Shown here in pieces: positions 31,403 to 40,867 of a DNA stretch of 64,000 nt (position 1 is its first letter; the number at the start of each line of letters is the position of its first letter). The notes beneath the pieces are model-generated. The model ran no database searches, had not been told where the DNA came from, and saw only the letters and a list, made by a program, of their open reading frames with translations. Position numbers and translations under genes: made by a program. Source of the stretch: a virus (taxonomy: Duplodnaviria; Caudoviricetes). The stretch is taken from the IMG/VR virus record IMGVR_UViG_3300025016_000004; one strand, written 5' to 3'.

Positions 31403-31774
31403 GGGGGTGACTGGATTTGACCAGATTTGACGGAAATTTACAGCATGTAGTGTTAGATTGGAAACACTTTAAATACACTATCAAATTTTTTAAACGGCAA
31501 TATTTTAAATATTGAAGAAAATATCTTTGCTAACGCTACTTGTGGTGTTGCTGGGGAGGTTGTTTTAGCCTAAATTAAAACAATGGTGGTAATCCACTAA
31601 AAACTCGACTCTGATGTGTTACGAGTGAACCGAAAAACACATTAATCCTCTCTTTATCGGATTTAAATTGGTATTGACATATTTTTTGTTATTTTTTTTA
31701 GTAAAAATTTAACTAAACATGTAGACGTACTTTAATGTACTTTTGGGACTGGGTTTCGAATACCCACACCTCCA
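31403..31774 (+). ncRNA. ssrA: tmRNA
   Basis: GGGGGTG/CACCTCC acceptor stem with G3.U70, GGATTTGAC 5' motif, T-arm GGGTTTCGAATACCC, tag frame 31496-31573; CCA not encoded. Confidence 0.9.
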
Positions 31775-31844
31775 GGCTATCGAATTAACTCACTTGCACG
31801 TAGTGATAGCCGCACATTTCAATTGGAATGACTAAGAAGTTAAT
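31775..31844 (+). ncRNA. HDV-like (theta-type) self-cleaving ribozyme
   Basis: P1 GGCTATC/GATAGCC, P2 ATTAACT/AGTTAAT, P3 ACT/AGT, L3 TGCACGT, P1.1 GC/GC, P4 CATTTC/GGAATG, J4/2 ACTAA (C31832). Confidence 0.8.
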
Positions 31845-31893
31845 AAATTGTGGAGATTTACTGTTTTACGTGGAGATAAATATATTTATAAGT

Positions 31894-32076
31894 ATGGAAA
31901 TAAAAAATAATTATCAAAGACCACAATTAAATGTAATTTGTTCCACTTGCGGAATATCTTTTAAAAAAGATGGTTCTGAAGTTAGACGTAATGATAAAAT
32001 AGGTAGAAATAACTATTGTTCATTAAAGTGTTCGGGTAAAAATAATAATAAACATCTTACAAGTAGTGTTACCTAA
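31894..32076 (+). pseudogene. Zn-ribbon N-terminus of a truncated homing endonuclease
   Basis: CSTCG...YCSLKC then stop; ATATTTATA motif upstream. Confidence 0.5.
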
Positions 32077-32105
32077 CTAATGAGTATAACTTATAGATTT
32101 TATTA

Positions 32106-32134
32106 AAAAAGCCACAAGATATTGTGGCTTTTTT
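32106..32134 (+). terminator. Intrinsic terminator
   Basis: aaaaagccacaa-gata-ttgtggctttttt. Confidence 0.8.
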
Positions 32135-32168
32135 GCGTTATAATAATATTTATTATAAAAACATTATT

Positions 32169-32414
32169 ATGAGAATATTTAAAGATTTTAAGGACATGCT
32201 TAGCTCTGATGATAGTAGCAAAATGTCAAGTAAGAGAGTAATAACATTTATGGCATTTTTATGCGTAACTGCTGCGTTTATCAGTAATTTATATTTTGAT
32301 TTGACAGTAGATGATAACATGTATAACGGTATGATTCAAATCGTTTGGGCTGGATTAGGAGTAGTGGTAGGTGAGCATTTATTAAAGAAAAAAAATGCTG
32401 ACCCTAATTCATAA
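32169..32414 (+). CDS. Holin-like 2-TM protein
   Basis: SSKRVITFMAFL and a second TM segment. Confidence 0.45.
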   Translation: MRIFKDFKDMLSSDDSSKMSSKRVITFMAFLCVTAAFISNLYFDLTVDDNMYNGMIQIVWAGLGVVVGEHLLKKKNADPNS

Positions 32415-32624
32415 ATAGTTAGACAATTAACTTCTCTTAATAGTCACACTAGGTTTTATAGTAGTGTTAGGTGTTGTCACCACTCTAGGAGTTGGTGGCA
32501 TTACTGTTGTTGTTGTTTTTTTACATCCGCACATAATATATTGGTTTTATTAATAAATATACGAATAAAACTAAAATGTTAAAGAGTTTTATTTACTTTT
32601 TTAAAAAAAAACATAATTTAAATT

Positions 32625-32828
32625 ATGTTTAGAACTAATTTTTTAATAGTAGATGAAGAGTGGAATTTAATTACCGAATATAAAAGTAGGGTTAAACCAG
32701 ATGTTGGTGAATTTATATTCTTACAACCTAAATATTATAAGGTATTAAATGTTGTCCACACTTTTAAAGTATTACCAATCACTAGAAATATAACAGTAGT
32801 TGTGAAGGAATGGAAAAATTTTAAATAA
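32625..32828 (+). CDS. Hypothetical protein
   Basis: 67-aa ORF. Confidence 0.45.
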   Translation: MFRTNFLIVDEEWNLITEYKSRVKPDVGEFIFLQPKYYKVLNVVHTFKVLPITRNITVVVKEWKNFK

Positions 32829-32919
32829 AATTTTGAAAAAAACCTTTATTTTTCTAAAAAAAGTTATATATTTGCAGTGTAGGATGTTGAATTCGATTAA
32901 ATTCAATGATGTTTTTTTT

Positions 32920-32949
32920 AAGGGCGTGGTATTTACCACGCCCTTTTTT
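32920..32949 (+). terminator. Intrinsic terminator closing a short non-coding transcript
   Basis: aagggcgtggt-attt-accacgccctttttt. Confidence 0.85.
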
Positions 32950-32981
32950 GCTTTTATAAAGTATTTATAATAAAACTTAAT

Positions 32982-33842
32982 ATGAAAAAATTATCTAAGA
33001 TATATGAAGGTATTTTAAGGGAGTTCAAGAAAGACGGTGATGTTGATTATGAAATGTATGAAAGATATGAAAATTATTCATTAAGAATTTTACAGTTATT
33101 CTTAGAACAAAATAATGAGGATTACACAGCTAACATGCCTTGGTGATTAATTCCATATCCAAGATTAAAAAAAATATGGGAAGATTGGGCTAAATTCGGA
33201 TTTGTTAGAGATGAAAAAGGGTTAGAAGAAATTTGCGACGTAATGGAATCAAATACACTTAAAATTTCAGTTATAACAATGTTAGCTGGTCATACATCTG
33301 ATAGTCCAGATGATTATTATGAAGATGCTTTTGGATATCACATAGAGGGTGTAATTCAAAAATTCTATCAAAATCAACCAAGACCAGAAGATAACTATCA
33401 TAGTAACGACCCAAACCAATTAGAGTTTAATTGGGGGCACCCTGATGGTAAGAAAAAAGAACCAGTTAAAAAATCTAACGTTCAAATTATTGATGACCCT
33501 TATTTAGAAAATCTTTTAATTGATGTAGACCCAAAATCAGTTAGTTATGAAGACCTTAAAAAAATGTTGATGGATGAATTAATCAATAAATTCCTTTGGT
33601 ATTACATTGATGACCCAGCAATAGGTCAACCAAGACTTAGCGATTATGGATTAAAACCGTTAGTTGATTTAACGTCACAATTAAGAAGTACTTATGATTC
33701 AGCTGAAAAAGTAGTTATAGTAGATAAAATGCTAAATGTGGTACATCAAAGGTCAGATTTAGCATCATGGTATGTGAGAGGTGGCTCAAACGCATTAAGC
33801 GACTTATCATCTTCACCTAGTGAAAGAGAAACACAAGAATAA
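32982..33842 (+). pseudogene. Putative virion protein gene with one in-frame TGA (33144)
   Basis: MKKLSKIYEGILRE... continues in frame through a single TGA into the 33243 ORF. Confidence 0.7.
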
Positions 33843-34086
33843 AATGAATAAAAAAAGAATACAACCGAAATTTACTGATATGACCGAGGAAGAAATAAAC
33901 GCTTGGTTAGAAAAAATGAAGTATCTTGAAGGTGATAGTAAAAATACATATGCAACCAAACAAATCAGAGATGGTAGGGGTTGGATATTTTAAAATGTTA
34001 AAAAATGTTAAAATAAATAATGTCAGTTTTTTATTTAAATATTTGTGTAAGTTTTAAGGTTGTTTATCAAAAAGCTGTTACTGCAA

Positions 34087-34172
34087 GATGTGCCTAACCT
34101 GAAAAAGTGGTTTGTAGAAATATGCAAAGGAAACATAGGGGAGTATTGAGTTGACCCCTCACATCACTCAAC
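34087..34172 (+). ncRNA. Candidate pseudoknotted structured RNA
   Basis: GATGTG/CACATC, CCTA/TAGG, TTTGTA/TGCAAA, GGGG/CCCC, loop TTGAGT pairing with downstream ACTCAA. Confidence 0.45.
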
Positions 34173-34186
34173 TTTAAAACTGTAAT

Positions 34187-34258
34187 GGGATTATAGCTCA
34201 GGGGTAGAGTGATGACCTCTAAAACCAAAAGTCGTGGGTTCGAATCCCACTAGTCCCT
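34187..34258 (+). tRNA. tRNA with CTA (amber) anticodon, weakened anticodon stem
   Basis: Canonical acceptor, D and T arms; loop CTCTAAA; only 2 of 5 anticodon-stem pairs. Confidence 0.7.
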
Positions 34259-34281
34259 CTAAAATATTAAAATAAAGTAAA

Positions 34282-34422
34282 ATGAAAGACACTTAGATTA
34301 AAAACAACAAATTAATAATAATCACTAGACGTGATTTATCAATTGGTATTCAGGCAGTTCAGGCTGGCCATTGTTCATGCTATGGATGGTGGAAGATGAC
34401 ATCACGCATTATGATTCGCTAG
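34282..34422 (+). pseudogene. Pth2-like peptidyl-tRNA hydrolase 5' fragment with in-frame TAG at codon 5
   Basis: MKDT*IKNNKLIIITRRDLSIGIQAVQAGH; similarity is lost after AGH. Confidence 0.65.
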
Positions 34423-34694
34423 AGGTTCTGCTGAAAGCGGATAACGATGCCAACGTTATCAATAGGTATAGAGATACCATAGAACTGGTTCTGCCTTTCT
34501 TAAAGTTCTAATACCAAAAAGAGATAATTGTAAAAAATTGTCTCTTTTTTTTGTTTATTACATTTATTATTAGTATATTTGCAGAGAGTAAGTTGTAATA
34601 ATAAAAGATTAATAAATCAAACAATTGAATTAGTAAAGGTTTTATAGGATTTCCCTTTCTTTTATTTACAAAATTATGTTTTAAGAATTAGATT

Positions 34695-35120
34695 ATGGAA
34701 AATAAAGGGTGGAAAGATGTTAGAGAAATACCAGCCAGCGGTAAACGCAAATGGCATGGCGGTGCTTATACATTAGCTTTCGTATATTCAAATAAAGGTA
34801 ACTTCCTTTTAAAAGGTTATGGAGCTGAAATTAGAGAATATTTACAAGACTTAAAAAGTAAGGGTTATAAATATATACTTAATGAAACTCTATGGCATAC
34901 AGATAGTTGGACAGGTGAGAAAAACTTTAGAAGTATATGGTCAGTATCAAGTCAAAGTACTTATATAGATGAACCAGAACCAAAATCTAGATATAGAAAA
35001 GAGGATAAATTCAAATGGGTTATTAAACGGTTTGGTGAACACGGTGAAGATACTAAAACACTAAAATTTAAAAGGCTCCCAAATAAGTGGGTACCTGAAT
35101 ATGATACAATAATATATTAA
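34695..35120 (+). CDS. Hypothetical protein
   Basis: 141-aa ORF. Confidence 0.55.
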   Translation: MENKGWKDVREIPASGKRKWHGGAYTLAFVYSNKGNFLLKGYGAEIREYLQDLKSKGYKYILNETLWHTDSWTGEKNFRSIWSVSSQSTYIDEPEPKSRYRKEDKFKWVIKRFGEHGEDTKTLKFKRLPNKWVPEYDTIIY

Positions 35121-35245
35121 TGTGTAAAGTGGGTTACTATAAAAAGCTTAATTGCCCCAGTAGTTCGGATAGTGAGAAAAACTAGACTGCATAATTACTC
35201 CGACAAAAATCTGAACTACAACACATTATTATATATTTATAAAAT

Positions 35246-35638
35246 ATGGAAAATAAATTAAAACTTTCCGAAATATTTCAGGAAGAACCTATAGTTGTTT
35301 ATCATGGTACATTAACCAAATTTGTTGATTCAATTAAAAAAAATGGATTAACTCATAAAAATTATTATGAACCAAAATGGTTTATGGTTTCTACTGATAT
35401 TGAAAGTGCTTTATATCATGCAACACCAGATGAGGGTGAAACTGCCTCAGTTATTGAGTTTAAAGTTCCTCTAACTAATGATAAATGGTATGGTTATCCT
35501 TATTTTTGGCCACCCTATAAAAGAGATGGTAATTCTATGTGGTTTGCATTAAAACAACCATTAGATGGTAATCTAATCAATAAAGTACACAACGTACCTT
35601 ATGCAACCTTTATTAAACAAAAATATAAGGGATATTAA
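35246..35638 (+). CDS. ADP-ribosyltransferase-fold protein
   Basis: VYHGT...IKKNGL...FMVSTDIESALYHA. Confidence 0.55.
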   Translation: MENKLKLSEIFQEEPIVVYHGTLTKFVDSIKKNGLTHKNYYEPKWFMVSTDIESALYHATPDEGETASVIEFKVPLTNDKWYGYPYFWPPYKRDGNSMWFALKQPLDGNLINKVHNVPYATFIKQKYKGY

Positions 35639-35640
35639 AT

Positions 35641-35901
35641 ATGGAAAATAGAAAAATATTTGTTTGCAGTTGTCATTCACTAGAACACCAATTTGCGTTT
35701 TGGTATGACGAAGAATATAATGAGCTTTATTTTGAACCACACTTACATGATAATTCTTGGCCTTGGTATAAAATATTTTGGCAAAGGTTAAGATATGTAT
35801 TTGGAAACAAATCAAGATTTGGTGCTTGGGATGAAGTAATAATCAAACCAGAAGATGCTAAACAAATAATTGAATACTTAAATAAAATAAGTGAGAATTA
35901 A
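35641..35901 (+). CDS. Hypothetical protein
   Basis: 86-aa ORF, CSCHS motif. Confidence 0.5.
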   Translation: MENRKIFVCSCHSLEHQFAFWYDEEYNELYFEPHLHDNSWPWYKIFWQRLRYVFGNKSRFGAWDEVIIKPEDAKQIIEYLNKISEN

Positions 35902-36310
35902 AAAGAAGAACATATTATTTGAAGAAAGGGTTAAATCTAACATGGCCGTACCCAATGAGGTTAAGCAACTTCATTCTTTATTTGTAAAGAATGGGTTTCA
36001 ACTTTATATCGTTGGTGGTGCTGTGCGTGATACCCTTATGGGTAAACCAATCAAAGATTATGACTTAGCAACTGATGCTCCACCAGAAACGGTTGAGAAG
36101 ATGTTGAAAAGTGCTGAAATTAGAACTATTGGAACTGGCGCAGCATTCGGGGTTATTAACGCATATGTAAATGATGAAGAATACGAGATTGCCACATTTA
36201 GGTCTGACGGATTTGATAGTGATGAAGATGAATTAAAAAAATTTAAGGATTATTTGAAATCCTTAAATAATGGTTCTTTTGAAAAGTTTGAAAATAATTT
36301 AATGAAATAG
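35891..36310 (+). CDS. cca: CCA-adding enzyme / tRNA nucleotidyltransferase, N-terminal part
   Basis: YIVGGAVRD, DYDLAT, EIATFRSD, then a 33-aa tail and stop. Confidence 0.85.
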   Translation: MRIKKKNILFEERVKSNMAVPNEVKQLHSLFVKNGFQLYIVGGAVRDTLMGKPIKDYDLATDAPPETVEKMLKSAEIRTIGTGAAFGVINAYVNDEEYEIATFRSDGFDSDEDELKKFKDYLKSLNNGSFEKFENNLMK

Positions 36311-36343
36311 CGACTTTTAGACTTATTTCTCATATTTATTAAT

Positions 36344-37018
36344 ATGAGAAAAGGTTATATATATGAATTAGTTTGTCCTATTACGAATGAATGTAGGTAT
36401 ATAGGGCAAACAATACAAGAATTAAATAAAAGGTTATATAAGCATAAATATTGTATGCGAAATAACCCTAGTCATAAAAATAGTTGGTTAATCAAATTAT
36501 CTAATGAATCTTCATTAGATAATTTGATTATAAAATTAATTGAAGAATGTGATAGTGATATTTTAAATGAACGTGAAATTTATTGGATTGAAAAATATCA
36601 AAATGAAGGTTATCAGCTAACTAATATGACTGAAGGTGGTAATTGTGGTTCTAGAGGTTATAAACATACTAAAGAAGCCATTAAGAAGATTGCCGAAGCT
36701 GGGAAAAGAGTTGGTTATAAACATACTAAAGAAGCGAAAAAAAAGATATCAAATTCATTACTAGGTAAGAGAGGTAGGAATACTGGAAACAAACATTCAA
36801 TAGAAACCAAAAAAAAGATATCTGAAAGTAAGAAGGGAATTGTGAGTTGGAATGCACAACCAGTTTTACAATTAGATAAAGAAGATAAAATAATAAACGA
36901 GTGGAGAAGTGCTAAATATGCCGCTGAACAACTTAGTTTGAGTCAAGGTAATATTTGGGCGGTTACTAATGGTGATAGAAAAAGTTGTGGTGGATATAAA
37001 TGGATTTTAAAAAAATGA
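36344..37018 (+). CDS. GIY-YIG homing endonuclease with NUMOD3/NUMOD1 repeats
   Basis: GYIYELV...RYIGQT, NMTEGG, KHTKEAK, KSCGGYKW. Confidence 0.85.
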   Translation: MRKGYIYELVCPITNECRYIGQTIQELNKRLYKHKYCMRNNPSHKNSWLIKLSNESSLDNLIIKLIEECDSDILNEREIYWIEKYQNEGYQLTNMTEGGNCGSRGYKHTKEAIKKIAEAGKRVGYKHTKEAKKKISNSLLGKRGRNTGNKHSIETKKKISESKKGIVSWNAQPVLQLDKEDKIINEWRSAKYAAEQLSLSQGNIWAVTNGDRKSCGGYKWILKK

Positions 37019-37200
37019 ATAAATTGAAAAGAAAAGTTGGAGATAAAGTTACTTTGAATGATAAATTTGGTAATGATGAAGGAAAAGAAGCAATAATTAA
37101 CTCAATAGAAACTTCTAAAAATGGTAGAGAGTGGTATCGACTAACTTATAAAGGTAAATTAGACCCATGGAATTGGTGTGATTCAGATTTTAAAAATTAA
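37015..37200 (+). CDS. Small SH3/KOW-like hypothetical protein
   Basis: KVGDKVTL...WYRLTY. Confidence 0.4.
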   Translation: MNKLKRKVGDKVTLNDKFGNDEGKEAIINSIETSKNGREWYRLTYKGKLDPWNWCDSDFKN

Positions 37201-37201
37201 T

Positions 37202-38086
37202 ATGAAAACTTGGAAAGATATAGCTAAAAAAACAGTACCTAATGAATTTAATACATTCATGAAGGGTAAAGGCAGAAGACCTGATTCTGTAATATTTTCT
37301 GATATTGAAACTGATGTTAAAAGACGTGATTTAACAATCAATGCATTATTCTACGATATTTCAACAAAAGAGATAGTAGATTTAGTTGGTGGCATAAAAG
37401 ACATTAATAATGGTGTTGTAAGGACCGTAGGAGACGCTGGAGAGCGTTTTGGGGAAGATAGACTAAGAATCCTTAGAGCAATTAGATTTGCGGGTAGAAC
37501 GGGTTCTAAATTAGACCCAGCAATTGATAAGTCATTAAGACAAGATAATTCATTAGAAGGTATTTCTGGTGAACGTATTATGGATGAGTTTGTTAAAGGT
37601 ATCAAATCAGCGAAATCAACTAAATATTTTTTATCATTAATTGATAAATATAATTTATTTGATTGGATTTTTAAAGGTATTTCACCAATTAACAAACAAT
37701 TCATTGAGTCTAATGACCCAATATTAGTTATAGCGGTATTACTAAAGGATGTATCATATGATACTATCAGTAAACAATTGAATGCGCTTAAGTATTCATC
37801 CAATCAAATAAAACCAATAGTATTTATGGTAGCTTATTACCAATATTTCTCTAAAGATACTTTTTATACGTTGAAAAAAATGTATAATACTTTTGAGGCA
37901 AATGGTAATACGTTTTTATCATTCATAGAGCTTATGGGTGGTAACACTGAAATTGCACGTAAGTTTATCAATTATCAGCTATCAATTACTGGTGATATGG
38001 TAAAACAAAAATACGGAATGAAAGATGGTCCTGAATTAGGGGCTAAGATAAAAGAGTTAGAAACTCAACAGTTTTTTAAAATATAA
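37202..38086 (+). CDS. cca: CCA-adding enzyme, C-terminal part
   Basis: GRRPDSV...RRDLTINA, EDRLRILRAIRF, SGERI. Confidence 0.85.
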   Translation: MKTWKDIAKKTVPNEFNTFMKGKGRRPDSVIFSDIETDVKRRDLTINALFYDISTKEIVDLVGGIKDINNGVVRTVGDAGERFGEDRLRILRAIRFAGRTGSKLDPAIDKSLRQDNSLEGISGERIMDEFVKGIKSAKSTKYFLSLIDKYNLFDWIFKGISPINKQFIESNDPILVIAVLLKDVSYDTISKQLNALKYSSNQIKPIVFMVAYYQYFSKDTFYTLKKMYNTFEANGNTFLSFIELMGGNTEIARKFINYQLSITGDMVKQKYGMKDGPELGAKIKELETQQFFKI

Positions 38087-38200
38087 TTTTCTATGTTCAT
38101 TGGTAATAAATGGTATGTGTATTTATTGCACATACCCTTTTTTTGTTAAAAACTTGTTTATATCATTTATCTTGTGTTATATTGTGCAAAATATAAAATC

Positions 38201-38824
38201 ATGAAAAAAGAATTTTATGAAAACATCCCAATAGTTGATATTACAACGGTATCTAAAGATGAAATGAAAATGGAACCATATATTGAAACGTACACTGGAT
38301 TAAGAGTATATTTTAATGACATACATAAAGATATAATATCGATACACGACATAGCACATTCATTATCTCAAATATGTAGATTTACTGGACATACAAAAGA
38401 ATTTTATAGCGTAGCACAACATTCAGTATTGGTTGCGGATGCACAAACTACGTTACCAGAAAAAAGAGCTGGGTTATTACATGATGCTACTGAAACTTAT
38501 GTGAATGACTTACCAAGCCCATTAAAAGCTTGCACAGATTTGGGTGATTATAAAAATTTAGAAAATAGATTTCACCATGTCATCAATCAAAAATATAAAG
38601 TTAATGATGGAATGACACCTAACATAAAGAAAGCTGATTTAGCAGCTTTATTCACTGAAAAGAGGGATGTTCTAAACAAACCTAGTGATTGGGGTTGGGG
38701 TTATGATATCATACCATTTGACGATATAATAATACCTTTAGGTCCTAAAGAAGCAAAAGCTTTATTCATTAAACGTTTTATAGAATTATTTCCAACTGAA
38801 GCAAAAAAAGAAGGTTTAATATAA
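38201..38824 (+). CDS. HD-domain phosphohydrolase (YfbR-like)
   Basis: YSVAQHSV, LLHDATETY, KADL. Confidence 0.8.
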   Translation: MKKEFYENIPIVDITTVSKDEMKMEPYIETYTGLRVYFNDIHKDIISIHDIAHSLSQICRFTGHTKEFYSVAQHSVLVADAQTTLPEKRAGLLHDATETYVNDLPSPLKACTDLGDYKNLENRFHHVINQKYKVNDGMTPNIKKADLAALFTEKRDVLNKPSDWGWGYDIIPFDDIIIPLGPKEAKALFIKRFIELFPTEAKKEGLI

Positions 38825-38845
38825 GGTTATACGATATTTATTATT

Positions 38846-39388
38846 ATGAAGAATATTTTAAGAATTGTCATAATAATAATATTAGTTTTTATAGGTCTAA
38901 AATTAATCTTTCCAAGTAAATACGGAGATAAATTAAAAGAGGTGTCTTTTGATAAAGATGCCAACATAATTATAAATTTTACCGATAATAAATCTTTAGA
39001 TACCATATACCATGTAGGGTTAGAAGTTTTAGGTATTAAAGGAAAAAAATTTGTTATTCGTGAAATTCAAGATAATGTAAAAACAGGGTATAAAGATGAA
39101 TTAATTCTTATTGGTTCAGTTGTTAAGTATAAGGAATATTATTTGATTTATACCAAATTAACCAACAATAAAAAGATGATAGATATTGCTTCTCATGAAT
39201 TAATACATGTTAAACAATATATGGATAATCGATTAGAAGTAACACCTAAAAACCTTAGATGGGAAAACAAATTTTATACATTACCTCTTACAGTAAGCTA
39301 TGAAGACGCACCATGGGAAATTGAAGCTTTTGATAAAGCTAAGGAATTTAAAGATTTAATGTATAATTCTTTATTAGTAAAAAAATAA
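38846..39388 (+). CDS. Secreted/membrane-anchored HExxH metallopeptidase-like protein
   Basis: N-terminal TM, SHELIHVKQY, PWEIEA. Confidence 0.65.
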   Translation: MKNILRIVIIIILVFIGLKLIFPSKYGDKLKEVSFDKDANIIINFTDNKSLDTIYHVGLEVLGIKGKKFVIREIQDNVKTGYKDELILIGSVVKYKEYYLIYTKLTNNKKMIDIASHELIHVKQYMDNRLEVTPKNLRWENKFYTLPLTVSYEDAPWEIEAFDKAKEFKDLMYNSLLVKK

Positions 39389-39739
39389 TTATTGTACAGC
39401 AGCAGTCGCTAATCCTTTATCTTTATGACCTAATTTAAGTACTTGCAAATCTTTATCAGTATATTCAACACCATCAATCACTAATAGAACTAATTTATCT
39501 TTTGAATATTTAGCTTTACTTATTAATTCACCATTGATATAATGTTTCCATTCGCCATCACGAAGTAATTCACCTTTAACTAGAATATAAAAACCAGTTT
39601 GGTATATATCATCATTAATTGAGTTTTCAGTATAAGCAAAATAGTTATCTGAAATTTGTTTTAGCTTATCTTTTGATTGTCCGTTTACTACAGAGATGTA
39701 GCAAAATAATGCGATAATTGTAATAATAATTCTTTTCAT
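39389..39739 (-). CDS. Secreted hypothetical protein
   Basis: Signal-peptide-like N-terminus. Confidence 0.5.
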   Translation of the reverse strand: MKRIIITIIALFCYISVVNGQSKDKLKQISDNYFAYTENSINDDIYQTGFYILVKGELLRDGEWKHYINGELISKAKYSKDKLVLLVIDGVEYTDKDLQVLKLGHKDKGLATAAVQ

Positions 39740-39892
39740 AATTAGTTCCTTTTTAAATAAATATGCAATGTTAACTTAATGTTACGTAATTGTTAAGGTA
39801 ATTATACTAAATTTTTTTTATAAAAGCAAGGAAATTTTAATAAAAATTTGTTTATACCACATATTTTTAATATCTTTACGTAAAATATATGT

Positions 39893-40423
39893 ATGAAAAA
39901 TATAAAAATGAAACTTTTGAAGGTAACTTTATTAATTATGTTTGGTTGGGTAATTGGATTAATCATTTCAATAAAGGGAATTTCAAGGGATAATGATAAT
40001 CTAATTATCAATTGTACTAACCAAAAATATTTAGACACTATAATTCATTCTGGGTTAAATATGTTAGAGATAAAAAAAGCTCGAATTATAATTTCAGATA
40101 TCCCAAGTTATTTTAAACCTAACAATGATGCGAAAGAACCGATAGTAGGTAATACTCTAGGTTATATTACGCATATTTCAGGTAATTACTATTCAATTCG
40201 TATTATTAAAGCAGATAAAAATGAGTCTATTAGAATTCTATCCCATGAATTAGTTCATTTATACCAATATCACCATAAGCTGTTAATTAATAACGATGAT
40301 TATTATGTTTGGGGATATGATACTATATATAAACCAACAAGTTACACTTATTTTGATAGACCTTGGGAAGTCCAAGCTAGAAGAGCTGGCGATATGTTAG
40401 AATATTTATTGAAAACTAATTAA
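39893..40423 (+). CDS. HExxH metallopeptidase-like paralog
   Basis: SHELVHLYQY, PWEVQA. Confidence 0.65.
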   Translation: MKNIKMKLLKVTLLIMFGWVIGLIISIKGISRDNDNLIINCTNQKYLDTIIHSGLNMLEIKKARIIISDIPSYFKPNNDAKEPIVGNTLGYITHISGNYYSIRIIKADKNESIRILSHELVHLYQYHHKLLINNDDYYVWGYDTIYKPTSYTYFDRPWEVQARRAGDMLEYLLKTN

Positions 40424-40466
40424 ATTTCTTTAAAATAGAGTTTTCAACGCTAATTTAAATATTTAT

Positions 40467-40514
40467 AAAGGTGAGCGTAAAACCCACCCATCGGAACGTG
40501 GGTGGGTAGTTCAC
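40467..40514 (+). mobile_element. IS200/IS605-type solo-end scar (48 bp)
   Basis: TTTAT|aaaggtgagcgtaaaacccacccatcggaacgtgggtgggtagttcac; left-end start joined to right-end finish of the tnpB element type. Confidence 0.8.
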
Positions 40515-40731
40515 TACGTAAGTTAATGTATTTGGATTTAATTTGCAATATGAAAATGAAAAATACGTTAATTTAATTTCACAATATTTCATTCATAATT
40601 AATTAAAAATCAATTAGTTAAAAAATAATTAAAAAAAAAAGTGCAAAAAAACTTGTTTTATATTGAAACATTATGTATATTTGCACTATATATTAATAAC
40701 AAGACGGGTGAATACCCTAAAAAATTAGAAA

Positions 40732-40839
40732 ATGCAAGCAATAAGTATTATACATATTATGAGTTCGATAAATTGGAGACGTAATTCTTCAGTAGTGTCA
40801 GGTATGTCTATACTTAATAGTGGAAATTGGTTTGGTTAA
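40732..40839 (+). CDS. 35-aa leader peptide of the tRNA array
   Basis: MQAISIIHIMSSINWRRNSSVVSGMSILNSGNWFG between promoter 40676 and terminator 40868. Confidence 0.65.
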   Translation: MQAISIIHIMSSINWRRNSSVVSGMSILNSGNWFG

Positions 40840-40867
40840 CAAATTAATAAAACAAAAAGATAAGATG

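Noticed and set aside
34187-34258. tRNA-Pyl (loop CTCTAAA)
   Set aside because: Canonical D-loop and 5-nt variable loop, T73, no 6-bp anticodon stem, no pyl genes seen
36311-37201. Group I intron in the cca gene
   Set aside because: The interval is almost fully coding, with no recognisable P3-P7 core and separate start/stop signals; RT-PCR would be decisive
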